A stretch of 43,025 nt of DNA from Thalassovita sp. GTDB taxonomy: Bacteria > Pseudomonadota > Alphaproteobacteria > Rhodobacterales > Rhodobacteraceae. Positions 28,477 through 37,033 of the stretch are shown here, piece by piece; position 1 is the stretch's first letter, and the number at the start of each line of letters is the position of its first letter. The stretch is from the NCBI GenBank assembly GCA_033723255.1, contig JAWVXM010000001.1, forward strand, positions 1 to 43,025, read 5' to 3'. Under the pieces are notes generated by a model. The model searched no databases and was not told where the DNA came from. It saw nothing but the letters and a program-made list of their open reading frames with translations. The position numbers were made by a program, and so were the translations under genes.

Positions 28477-28800
28477 TTAAACGGGCATGTTCATGATATC
28501 GCGATAGGCCGACAGCGCCTTGTTGCGAACGTTCAGGGTCATCTGGAAGCCCAGCGAGGCAACCTGCTGATCGACCATCACGCCAGCAAGGTTTTCGGTC
28601 TGGCCGGTTTCATAGGCGGTGGCCGAGGCTGCGGCCTTGTTCTGGGCCTGTGCGACCTGGTCCAGCGCGCCGCCGAGCCGTTCGGAGAACGACGTGGCCT
28701 GCTTGGCGGCATTGGCGCTATTGCCCTGCTGGACCGGCGTCGTGTTGCGCGAGGTCAGCGCAGCAAGCGTGGATTGTCCTGAAAGGCTTGAAATCGACAT
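28477..28800 (-). CDS. fliE: Hook-basal body protein FliE
   Basis: C-terminal VRNKALSAYRDIMNMPV. Confidence 0.95.
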   Translation of the reverse strand: MSISSLSGQSTLAALTSRNTTPVQQGNSANAAKQATSFSERLGGALDQVAQAQNKAAASATAYETGQTENLAGVMVDQQVASLGFQMTLNVRNKALSAYRDIMNMPV

Positions 28801-28815
28801 GGGTTATTCTCCCGA

Positions 28816-29991
28816 TCAGGCGGCTTGGGCAGCCATCGCCGCCGGGGCGATCATGCCGGGCATCGACGCCGCATGGGGGGTCAGCATGATGTCATTGGCG
28901 CAGACCTTGTTGCCAGTCCGCAGCACCAGCGCCCGCTGCACCACGTTTTCCAGCTCGCGCACATTGCCCGGCCAGTCATAATCACGCAGCACCGCCATCG
29001 CCTCGTCGCTCAGCAGCGGCATCGGGGCGGTTTCGCCAACATGGCGGCGGATCATCGCCACGGCCAGCGCCGGCACGTCGTCGGGGCGGGTGGCCAGCGC
29101 CTGGGTGGCCAGCGGGAACACGTTCAGGCGGTAGTAGAGGTCTTCGCGGAAATTACCGGCCTGCACTTCGCTCAGCATGTCGCGGTTCGAAGTTGCGATC
29201 ACGCGGATGTCGACGCTTTCTTCCTTCTGCGATCCCAGTGGGGTCACTTTCTTTTCCTGCAGGACACGCAGCAGCTTCGCCTGCAGCCCCAGCGGCATTT
29301 CCGAGATTTCGTCGAGCAGCAGGGTGCCGCCGTCGGCCGCGCGGAAGATGCCGCGATTGGCGGTCGATGCGCCGGTGAAGGCACCCTTTTCATGGCCGAA
29401 CAGCATCGCTTCGAGCATGTTTTCCGGGATTGCGGCGCAGTTGACGGCGATGAAGGGCTTGTCGGCACGGTCCGAACGGTCATGGATCAGGCGTGACAGC
29501 ACTTCCTTGCCGCTGCCGGTCGGGCCGTTGATGAAGACGGTGACATCGGTCTGGGCAACGCGGGCCGCAAGATCGATCAATGCGCTGGTGGTTTCATCAG
29601 CGGAAACCATGCCGCCATGCGGGGCTGCGATCAGGTCAGCAAGGGCCAGCAGCGAGGGAGTGTAAAGCGGGGGGCGGGCTTCGCCACGCAGGGGCAGGGT
29701 GACGCGCTGCATCCGGCCGCCCAGTTCCGCTTCGACGCGGAAGTCTTCGCCCGGCTGGACGATAACCAGTTGGCTGACACCCAGCTGGCGGGCACCGGCA
29801 ACGAGACCCGACTGACCGCCCACGGCCTGTTCAGCAGCGGCGCTGCAAACCAGGGTGTTGCCCTTGCCGGGATTTGCACCCGTAACCCCAAGGCTATCGA
29901 TCACCAGACCTTCAATGCGACGACGGGTCAGTAGATCGGCGAGTGCGCCCGCGTCGTCAAAATTTGTTCCGATGATAAAAACCTTGGTCAT
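28816..29991 (-). CDS. fleT: Sigma54 enhancer-binding activator without a C-terminal HTH (FleT type)
   Basis: Start ATG 29991 (CAGGAG RBS). [44 protein letters not shown]; ends about 35 aa later with no Fis-type HTH. First gene of the fliE-J operon, as in R. sphaeroides Fla1. Confidence 0.8.
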   Translation of the reverse strand: MTKVFIIGTNFDDAGALADLLTRRRIEGLVIDSLGVTGANPGKGNTLVCSAAAEQAVGGQSGLVAGARQLGVSQLVIVQPGEDFRVEAELGGRMQRVTLPLRGEARPPLYTPSLLALADLIAAPHGGMVSADETTSALIDLAARVAQTDVTVFINGPTGSGKEVLSRLIHDRSDRADKPFIAVNCAAIPENMLEAMLFGHEKGAFTGASTANRGIFRAADGGTLLLDEISEMPLGLQAKLLRVLQEKKVTPLGSQKEESVDIRVIATSNRDMLSEVQAGNFREDLYYRLNVFPLATQALATRPDDVPALAVAMIRRHVGETAPMPLLSDEAMAVLRDYDWPGNVRELENVVQRALVLRTGNKVCANDIMLTPHAASMPGMIAPAAMAAQAA

Positions 29992-30026
29992 GATACGCTC
30001 CTGCGATTTGCTGTCGAATTTGAAGA

Positions 30027-30042
30027 AGCAGGGAACGTACCA
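30027..30042 (-). promoter_or_regulatory. Sigma54 promoter of fleT-fliEFGHIJ
   Basis: TGGTACGTTCCCTGCT with GG-N10-GC spacing, about 35 bp upstream of the ATG. Confidence 0.75.
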
Positions 30043-30070
30043 AGTCGGTAATTTTTTGCTAAAATGAATG

Positions 30071-30083
30071 TAAGTGATTGATG
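30071..30083 (-). promoter_or_regulatory. Candidate IHF site
   Basis: CATCAATCACTTA versus WATCAANNNNTTR (1 mismatch), in an AT-rich tract upstream of the sigma54 promoter. Confidence 0.45.
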
Positions 30084-30144
30084 TTAAATGAAAGAAAATC
30101 CGCAAATATCAAAAGTATATAGGTTTCCAAAACCCTTCGGATAT

Positions 30145-30184
30145 GTCGGTTTGTCGGCAATTCGCGGGGTGTCGAAGTGTTGAC
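30145..30184. promoter_or_regulatory. Candidate FleQ-type enhancer boxes
   Basis: GTCGAAGTGTTGAC (30171-30184) and GTCGGTTTGTCGGC (30145-30158); GTC-N8-GAC format like the Pseudomonas FleQ box. Confidence 0.35.
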
Positions 30185-30253
30185 GAACTGTCGACATCGC
30201 CGAATTATTTCCGCCCCATACTTAAGGATGTATTATTTTTCGAATGATGGGGG

Positions 30254-30280
30254 TCAACTTTTTCGGCGCACGGACGTTCA
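30254..30280 (+). promoter_or_regulatory. Possible sigma28 promoter for the chemotaxis operon
   Basis: TCAA-N15-GACGTTCA versus TAAA-N15-GCCGATAA; several mismatches. Confidence 0.3.
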
Positions 30281-30318
30281 CCATTGCAGACGTAAAACCA
30301 AACTGCAGGCCGTGTTCT

Positions 30319-30624
30319 ATGTTGTCAAAAACGTACCATCTTAAATTCCCAAGCCTCGATGCAGCCCAGATTGCCGCGCCGTTCGTCACTGAGACGCTCG
30401 GCAATGCGATCCCGGAATGCCGTCTCTCGGGATTGACAGTTCTTATCAGTAAGGAAGGCGATATCTCGGTGAACCTGTTTTTCCCCACCGTGGCAGATCT
30501 CAAGAACTTCGAGAAAAAGCACGGCGGTTTCGTCGACATGATGAAGAAGACCTTCCTGTTCAAATCCACCGGGTTTGACGGCGTCTGCATCTTCAGCTTC
30601 GACGGGAACGAAAACGCAGCTTAG
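30319..30624 (+). CDS. Hypothetical protein (101 aa) heading the chemotaxis operon
   Basis: Coding-like codon usage from ATG 30319 (MLSKTYHLKF...); alternating alpha/beta pattern; family not recognised. Confidence 0.6.
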   Translation: MLSKTYHLKFPSLDAAQIAAPFVTETLGNAIPECRLSGLTVLISKEGDISVNLFFPTVADLKNFEKKHGGFVDMMKKTFLFKSTGFDGVCIFSFDGNENAA

Positions 30625-30691
30625 ACCAATCTGTTCCGTCGAGAAGCTTTGCATAGTGAAAAGTTGAGTAACAGGAAGGATCCGGGTCGAT

Positions 30692-31906
30692 ATGTCAGTC
30701 GAGGTTGAAACCATCGCAGACAAGCAAACCGCTGGCGGTGCCCTTTTGCGCGTTTCGTCGCAGAAGATCAGCCGGTTGATGGACCTTGTCGGAGAATTGT
30801 CGCTGAGTGTTTCGGAGACTGTGAATTCTCCTGATCTGGATCACACCGGGGATCGTACCCAGTTCGAAGCGGCCGCGCACCGTTTGAACATGATTGTCCG
30901 CGAAGTGCAGGATGCCGCAACAGAGTTGCGACTGGTTCCCGTGGACGAAGTTTTCAAGCGCCTCAAGCGGATGATCCGCGAAATGGAGCGCCAGACCGGC
31001 AAACGCATTTCTCTGGAAGTCATCGGTGCCGATACCGCGATCGACAAGATGGTGGCGGACAGGCTTTATGATCCCCTGTTGCATGTGCTTCGGAATTCGG
31101 CCGATCACGGACTTGAAACCACCGACGAACGCATTGCCGTCGGCAAGCCCGAGAAGGGTGTCATCACCCTGTCCGCGGCGCAGGTGGGCAGCGAAGTCCA
31201 GATCGTCGTCGGCGATGACGGGCGCGGGCTGAACCGTGACAAGATTCTTGGTATCGCGCGCAAGCGTGGTCTTTACGGGCCGGACGAGGAACCAGAAAAC
31301 AGCAAGCTTTGGAAAGTGATCTTCGAACCGGGCTTTTCGACCGCCGAAAAGGTGTCGAACTTGTCGGGGCGCGGTGTTGGGATGGATGTCCTGAACACGA
31401 CCATGCGCGATCTGCGTGGCCGGATCGCCGTGGACAGCACCGAAGGGCAGGGCACTCAGGTGTCGCTGCATATCCCGGTGTCGCTGGCGTTTCTTGATTG
31501 TATCCTGCTTCGTCAGGGCACCCACCTATTCGCAGTGCCGGTCGAAGATATCTTCGAAATCGTCAAGCCGGGAATGGATTCCTGCATGTCGATTTCCGCA
31601 GGCAGCAAGACCGAAATGCTTCGACTGCGCGACAGCCATGTGCCGGTGTGCCGTCTGGAACAGTTTTATGGGCATGCCTTGCCCGATCTTGCCCCGCTTT
31701 CCGACTCGGTTGTTATCGTTCTGACCGCCGGTACCCGTCTGATCGCCGTTCCGGTCGACGAGGTGTTGGATCGTCAGCAGGTCGTGATGAAGCCGTTGTC
31801 GGGGGTTCTGGCGCAGGTGCGCGCCAGCTGGGGCTGTGCGTTGTTGGGGACTGGTGAAGTGGCTTTGGTACTTGACGCCGAGCGGCTTGCCGCTGGAGAA
31901 AACTGA
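30692..31906 (+). CDS. cheA: CheA4-type histidine kinase (P3-P4-P5 only, no Hpt or P2)
   Basis: Starts at LRVSSQKISRLMDLVGEL; intact HVLRNSADHG, DDGRG, IFEPGFSTA, SGRGVGMDV; C-terminal CheW domain; 404 aa. Confidence 0.92.
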   Translation: MSVEVETIADKQTAGGALLRVSSQKISRLMDLVGELSLSVSETVNSPDLDHTGDRTQFEAAAHRLNMIVREVQDAATELRLVPVDEVFKRLKRMIREMERQTGKRISLEVIGADTAIDKMVADRLYDPLLHVLRNSADHGLETTDERIAVGKPEKGVITLSAAQVGSEVQIVVGDDGRGLNRDKILGIARKRGLYGPDEEPENSKLWKVIFEPGFSTAEKVSNLSGRGVGMDVLNTTMRDLRGRIAVDSTEGQGTQVSLHIPVSLAFLDCILLRQGTHLFAVPVEDIFEIVKPGMDSCMSISAGSKTEMLRLRDSHVPVCRLEQFYGHALPDLAPLSDSVVIVLTAGTRLIAVPVDEVLDRQQVVMKPLSGVLAQVRASWGCALLGTGEVALVLDAERLAAGEN

Positions 31907-32730
31907 TGTCGGTAATGGATCACAGAGCCTATCAGGATCATGCCGGATACGAACGTATCCGGTCCTGGCTTGGGCAAAGATGCGGAATATCCTATCCTGA
32001 TCACAAGGCGGACCTGCTGCGGCAGCGCCTGGCGCGGGTGACCCGCAGCTTCAGCCTGGCGGATCTCGACGAACTGGCCGGAACGATCGTCAAGGGCGAC
32101 CGCCACGACGTGGAACTCGCGGTGATGCACGCGGCGTCGACCAATCACACCTATTTCTTCCGTGAACCGGAGGTGCTGGACGCTTTCGCGAAGAACATTC
32201 TGCCGGAACTGAACAAGCGTGAGCAGATGCGTATCTGGTCTGCAGCTGCATCAACCGGTGACGAAGCCTATACCATCGCCATGCTGGTGGCCGAACACCT
32301 TGGCATGAACGCCCTGAACAAGTTGATGATCCTGGGAACGGATATCAGCGCACCTGTTCTGGAACGGGCTGAGCTCGGGGTGTTCAGCAGCCGTCAGATC
32401 ACCCAGATGGATCCGGGCATTCGCCAGAAATACATGACGCCTACCGGGATCGAACAGTACCGGGTGAAAGAAGAACTGCGCAATATCTGCACCTTCCGCC
32501 GCCTGAACCTGAAGGCCACGCCTTACCCGTTTTCCAAGCAGTTCCAAGTCGTGTTCTGCCGCAATATCCTTTATTATTTCGAACCTGAGGATCAGGCTGC
32601 CACGCTGCGCGCGTTGCTGGATGCGACCGAACCGGGCGGGTGGCTGATCACCAGCGTCACCGAAGCGGTCCGCGATCTCTGCCCCGGCTGGATTCCTGTC
32701 ACCACCGGCATCTACCGGAGGGCCGGATGA
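31906..32730 (+). CDS. cheR: Chemotaxis methyltransferase CheR
   Basis: TNHTYFFRE, RIWSAAASTGDEAYT, GTDIS, F.RLNL, FCRNIL.YF. Confidence 0.95.
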   Translation: MSVMDHRAYQDHAGYERIRSWLGQRCGISYPDHKADLLRQRLARVTRSFSLADLDELAGTIVKGDRHDVELAVMHAASTNHTYFFREPEVLDAFAKNILPELNKREQMRIWSAAASTGDEAYTIAMLVAEHLGMNALNKLMILGTDISAPVLERAELGVFSSRQITQMDPGIRQKYMTPTGIEQYRVKEELRNICTFRRLNLKATPYPFSKQFQVVFCRNILYYFEPEDQAATLRALLDATEPGGWLITSVTEAVRDLCPGWIPVTTGIYRRAG

Positions 32731-33833
32731 TGCAAGGGCAACGCAAAATCCGGACGCTGATCGTCGATGATTCCGCGATGGTGCGGAAGGTCCTGACGAT
32801 CGGCCTGGGCCGGGACCCGGAAATCGAGGTGATCGGGACCGCGGCAGACGCCAATATGGCGATGCAGTACCTGTCCCGGAACAAGCCGGACGTGATCACG
32901 CTGGATCTGGAAATGCCCAATATGGACGGGCTGACCTTCCTGCGCAGTTTCATGAAGACCGATCCGATCCCCACCGTGGTGATTTCGTCGCAGACCCAAC
33001 GCAGCGCGCAGGCGACCGTCGATGCGCTGGCCGCGGGCGCGGTCGACGTGATCGCGAAGCCGCGGATGGAACTGGGCGGAGGGCTGGGCGACATGATGGC
33101 CAGCATCGCGCAGCGGGTGAAAGTCGCGGCGGGTGCGCATGTGCGCAGCATGGCTTCCCCGGCGCAACCGCCGGCGCCGCCCAAGGCGCAGAAACCGGTG
33201 GCGCGTTCCAGCTTGGCCGAAGCGCCAGACTGGATGATCGCCATCGGTGCGTCGACCGGCGGCGTGCAGGCTTTGACCCGCGTGCTGGAAACCCTGCCCG
33301 CCGATTGCCCTCCCGTGGTGATCGTGCAGCATATGCCGGAAGGTTTCACCGCGTCCTTCGCCAAGCGCCTCAACCAGATGGGGCCACTTCGGGTGAAAGA
33401 GGCCGAGGAGGGCGATGTGCTGGAGAACGGTCTGGTGCTGCTGGCACCCGGTGGCCAGAAACACATGACCGTGGACAGGCGCATGGGGCGCCACCAGGTG
33501 CGGCTGATCGACGGGCCGGAGGTCTGTTTCTCGCGCCCCTCGGTCGATGTTCTGTTTCATTCCGTCGCCCAATCGGCGGGGGGAAAGGCGTCCTCGGCCA
33601 TTCTCACCGGGATGGGCAAGGACGGCGCCGAAGGCCAGCTGGCCATTCGCAACTCCGGCGGGCGGACCGTCGCGCAGGACGAGGCCAGTTGCGTCGTATT
33701 TGGCATGCCAGGTGCAGCCCATAGCATCGGGGCACCGGAAAAGCTGGTTCCCCTCGACGACGTGTCTTCGTGGTTGATGAATTCCTGTTCCCGCAGCGTC
33801 GCGCGGGACAGGCTCGAAAGTTACAGAGTTTGA
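32727..33833 (+). CDS. cheB: Chemotaxis methylesterase CheB (REC plus esterase)
   Basis: IVDDS, TLDLEMP, IGASTGG, QHMP, RPSVD, LTGMGKDG, VFGMP; start 32727 or 32730. Confidence 0.96.
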   Translation: MMQGQRKIRTLIVDDSAMVRKVLTIGLGRDPEIEVIGTAADANMAMQYLSRNKPDVITLDLEMPNMDGLTFLRSFMKTDPIPTVVISSQTQRSAQATVDALAAGAVDVIAKPRMELGGGLGDMMASIAQRVKVAAGAHVRSMASPAQPPAPPKAQKPVARSSLAEAPDWMIAIGASTGGVQALTRVLETLPADCPPVVIVQHMPEGFTASFAKRLNQMGPLRVKEAEEGDVLENGLVLLAPGGQKHMTVDRRMGRHQVRLIDGPEVCFSRPSVDVLFHSVAQSAGGKASSAILTGMGKDGAEGQLAIRNSGGRTVAQDEASCVVFGMPGAAHSIGAPEKLVPLDDVSSWLMNSCSRSVARDRLESYRV

Positions 33834-33846
33834 AAGGATCCTGAGG

Positions 33847-34371
33847 ATGACCGATATGACCAAGGACCAAGCCGTGTCGGCAGAGGTGGATAGCCTGCTG
33901 CATGACGACGATAACATCGACAATATGTACCTGACCTTCGCCATCGGCCAGGAAACCTACGGGGTTCCGATTGCCGTGGTGACGGAAATCGTGGGCATGC
34001 AGCGGATCATGACCGTTCCGGACGTGCCGCGTTACATCAAGGGCGTGATCAACCTGCGTGGCAAGGTGATCCCGCTGATGGATGTGCGGCTGCGTTTCAG
34101 CCTGGAAGAGCGCGCCTATGACGATCGCACCGTGATCATCGTGCTGGAACTGGGTGGATCGCCGGTCGGCCTGATCGTGGACCGGGTCAGCGAGGTTCTG
34201 GAAATTGCCGACGATCACATCGACAGCGCCCGCGGTATGGGCAAAGGCGATGGCCAAAGCCTGGTGCAGGGTCTTGGGCGCGTTGGCGAAAACGTGGCCA
34301 TCATCCTCAATACCGGCCTTCTGGTGTCGGATGCGGAGCTGAGCTTGCCGGAGACGGTCAGTGCCGCCTAA
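33847..34371 (+). CDS. cheW: Chemotaxis coupling protein CheW
   Basis: YLTF, VP..P.YIKGVINLRGKVIP, GLIVDRVSEV. Confidence 0.96.
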   Translation: MTDMTKDQAVSAEVDSLLHDDDNIDNMYLTFAIGQETYGVPIAVVTEIVGMQRIMTVPDVPRYIKGVINLRGKVIPLMDVRLRFSLEERAYDDRTVIIVLELGGSPVGLIVDRVSEVLEIADDHIDSARGMGKGDGQSLVQGLGRVGENVAIILNTGLLVSDAELSLPETVSAA

Positions 34372-34648
34372 GGTACCGTTCGCCCCTGGCCGCCTGTTTA
34401 GCAGCGGCCGGATTGCCTCCGGTCCTGCAGCAAGGTTTCGACAACCGAGGCTGGATTGATGCTGCCTTATCTGTTGGGTGAGCTGCGCTTGGTAACGAGT
34501 TAAATGTGAAAGGTAAATCCATGGCCAATCGCAAATGCCGGATAGACGGGGAACGCGGGGTTCATAGCGATCCGCGCCGTGCTGACCGGGCTGCCCATCC
34601 CACGACGTGTGAATCTAAAGACCTGACGTGAGTATAGGCTTCCGAGCC

Positions 34649-34675
34649 TAAAGAAAATCAAAAATGTGCCGCTAA
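34649..34675 (+). promoter_or_regulatory. Sigma28 (FliA) promoter upstream of the soluble chemoreceptor
   Basis: TAAA-N15-GCCGCTAA, 1 mismatch to TAAA-N15-GCCGATAA, 38 bp before the ATG. Confidence 0.7.
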
Positions 34676-34713
34676 TAAGTATACAGCTCGCCCCCAGAAA
34701 AGGATGACCCCCA

Positions 34714-36522
34714 ATGAGCGATATCTCGAGTGAAAAATTTGATGCCCATGCGAAACCGCTTGATGTGCTGACTGCGCGTCAGATTCTTGATGTATTGGCG
34801 GTTCCTGTTGTCATTACCGATACCGACTTCGTGATCACCGAGGCAAACGCGGCTGCCATCGCGATGTTCAAGAAGGCCGAGCCCGTGCTGGTGAACAAGC
34901 TTCCGGGTTTCAGCGCAAAGAACATGATCGGTACCTGTATTGACGATTTCCACAGCGAGCCTGCGCGCCAGCGCGGTATGCTGGAGGGTCTCGACAAACT
35001 GATGCGTGCCTCGATCCGCCTGCCCGGATTTGCCTGGGATCTGGCGGTGACGCCGCTGAAAGATGAAACCGGCAAGACCATCCGACTGATCGCCGAATTC
35101 GAAGATCGTTCCGAGGTCCAGCACGCAGAGAACCAGTTCGAAAAGTTCATGGCGCGGATCACCGAAATGGCGGATGCGCATGAAGCCGGTGACATCGACG
35201 TCTTCATGGAATGCGATGATCTCGAAAACGGTGTGGTTTGCGAGGCGGGCGAGAAGGTGAACGAGATGGTCAAGGGCCATATCGACACCAAGAAAGAGGT
35301 GGTCGCCGTCTATGAAAGCTTCGCCGAGGGTGATTACAGCGCAGACCTGGCTCCGCTGCCGGGGCAGAGAGCGTTCCTGAACCGTGCGGTCAACCGGTCG
35401 CGCGAGACCTTCACCGAGGTGACAAACGAGATCAAGCGCCTGTCCAATGCCATCATGGAAGGCAACCTGGACGTGCAGGCCGACACCAGAAAGTTCAAGG
35501 GGGCCTATCGCGAAGTCGTCGAAAGCTTCGACGCGGCGTTCAAGAGCCTGAATGGTTCCTTCCACGCGCTGAAGGCGCAGGTCGATCAGGTTGCCCAGAC
35601 CGTTGGGCAAATGTCGAACGCCAGCCAGGAACTGGCTACCAATTCGCAGATCGCATCGTCATCGGTGGACGAGGTGTCCGCCTCGACCGAGGAAACCGAT
35701 GTGCAAGTCAAGGCCAATGCCGAGGCTGCGAAGAACGCCGCGCATCTGGTCAATATCAATGCCGAAGTGGCGGCCGAGGGCAAAGGCAAGATCAACGAGA
35801 TGGTCGAAGCGATGGAAGGCATTGACGCCTCGTCTCAGGACATTGCCAAGATCATCAAGGTGATCGACGAAATCGCCTTCCAGACCAACCTGCTGGCATT
35901 GAACGCCGCGGTCGAAGCCGCGCGCGCCGGTCAGCATGGCCGCGGTTTTGCGGTAGTTGCCCAGGAAGTGCGCAACCTGGCCGGACGGTCGGCCAAGGCG
36001 GCGCGGGAAACCTCGGATCTGATCGAAGGGGCCAACAGCCGCGTGACCGCCGGTGTGCGCCTGGCCTCGGAAACCAGCGAAAGCTTCGAAAAGATCGCCG
36101 ACAATATCGCCGAGGTGAAGGATCTGGTCGAAACCATCAACCGCGCATCGGAAGAACAGTCGCGCGGAGTGGCTCAGATCAACGTGGCCATCGGTGAAGT
36201 CGCCCGTACCGCATTGTCGACCAGTCAGCAGGCCGATGAACTGGCCGCGACCTCGGCCGAGATGACCGCCGCCACTGAACATATGGCGAAGGAAATCGCC
36301 CGGTTCCGTCTGGGGGAAAATGGCGCCAGCGCGGATCAGTGGGGCGGAATGAGCGGTATGGAGAACCTGCCGCCGGAAATGATGGCCAAGCTGCAGGAGA
36401 TGATGGATGCCGGCCATGTCGTGCCGCCGGCCGCCGCGGCAGCCCTGAACGGTAACGGCCACGCCAACGGCCATGCCAAAAGCCATGGCGATTACGACGA
36501 ACGTGGTTTCAGCAATTTCTAA
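34714..36522 (+). CDS. Soluble chemoreceptor (PAS, poly-HAMP, MA domain) in the TlpT position
   Basis: No TM; N-terminal PAS; hairpin tip IAFQTNLLALNAAVEAARAGQHGRGFAVVAQEVRNLA; C-terminal pentapeptide GFSNF. Confidence 0.92.
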   Translation: MSDISSEKFDAHAKPLDVLTARQILDVLAVPVVITDTDFVITEANAAAIAMFKKAEPVLVNKLPGFSAKNMIGTCIDDFHSEPARQRGMLEGLDKLMRASIRLPGFAWDLAVTPLKDETGKTIRLIAEFEDRSEVQHAENQFEKFMARITEMADAHEAGDIDVFMECDDLENGVVCEAGEKVNEMVKGHIDTKKEVVAVYESFAEGDYSADLAPLPGQRAFLNRAVNRSRETFTEVTNEIKRLSNAIMEGNLDVQADTRKFKGAYREVVESFDAAFKSLNGSFHALKAQVDQVAQTVGQMSNASQELATNSQIASSSVDEVSASTEETDVQVKANAEAAKNAAHLVNINAEVAAEGKGKINEMVEAMEGIDASSQDIAKIIKVIDEIAFQTNLLALNAAVEAARAGQHGRGFAVVAQEVRNLAGRSAKAARETSDLIEGANSRVTAGVRLASETSESFEKIADNIAEVKDLVETINRASEEQSRGVAQINVAIGEVARTALSTSQQADELAATSAEMTAATEHMAKEIARFRLGENGASADQWGGMSGMENLPPEMMAKLQEMMDAGHVVPPAAAAALNGNGHANGHAKSHGDYDERGFSNF

Positions 36523-36530
36523 GTGACGAA

Positions 36531-36556
36531 GGCCTCCTGTCATGGGGCAGGAGGTC
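36531..36556 (+). other. Intercistronic hairpin (mRNA stabiliser or weak terminator)
   Basis: GGCCTCCTGTC-ATGG-GGCAGGAGGTC, 11-bp stem with two G-U pairs; no clean U tract. Confidence 0.5.
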
Positions 36557-36581
36557 AACCTTTCCTCAAGGAGTGAACAAG

Positions 36582-36986
36582 ATGTCGTATAAAGTGATGA
36601 TCGTGGATGACGCTGCGATGATGCGGCTTTATATTTCCAGCTTTTTGAATTCTTTGCCGGAATTCAAGATGGTGGCTCAGGCGGCCAACGGCCAGGAAGC
36701 GCTGGACAAACTTTCGGACCATCCCGATCTGGATCTAATCCTGCTGGATATCGAAATGCCGGTGATGGATGGGCTGGAATTCCTGCGTCACGCCAAGCTG
36801 AAGACGCGGGCCAAGATCTGCATGTTGTCATCAGTCACCGTTCAGGGGTCGCCGCACGCGGCCAAGGCACGCGAACTGGGGGCGGATGGCGTTGTCGCCA
36901 AGCCGTCGGGCACCGTGTCGCACGACCTGGAAGAAAAAACCGGTGATGAGCTTCGCGACACCATGCGCCGGCTGGTCGCGGCCTGA
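36582..36986 (+). CDS. cheY: CheY6-type response regulator
   Basis: ATG 36582 after AAGGAG; VMIVDDAAMMRLYI, LLDIEMP, MLSS, and the extended loop AKPSGTVSHDLEEKTG characteristic of R. sphaeroides CheY6. Confidence 0.92.
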   Translation: MSYKVMIVDDAAMMRLYISSFLNSLPEFKMVAQAANGQEALDKLSDHPDLDLILLDIEMPVMDGLEFLRHAKLKTRAKICMLSSVTVQGSPHAAKARELGADGVVAKPSGTVSHDLEEKTGDELRDTMRRLVAA

Positions 36987-37033
36987 GAACCGGGCCCTCA
37001 TTAGCAAGTAATAATTGTAGCAACAGGTGAGCC

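Noticed and set aside
34372-34640. c-di-GMP riboswitch, or 36-aa ORF (34521-34631), in the cheW-receptor gap
   Set aside because: No GEMM GNRA-tetraloop/receptor architecture; the ORF has only a weak RBS and atypical composition.
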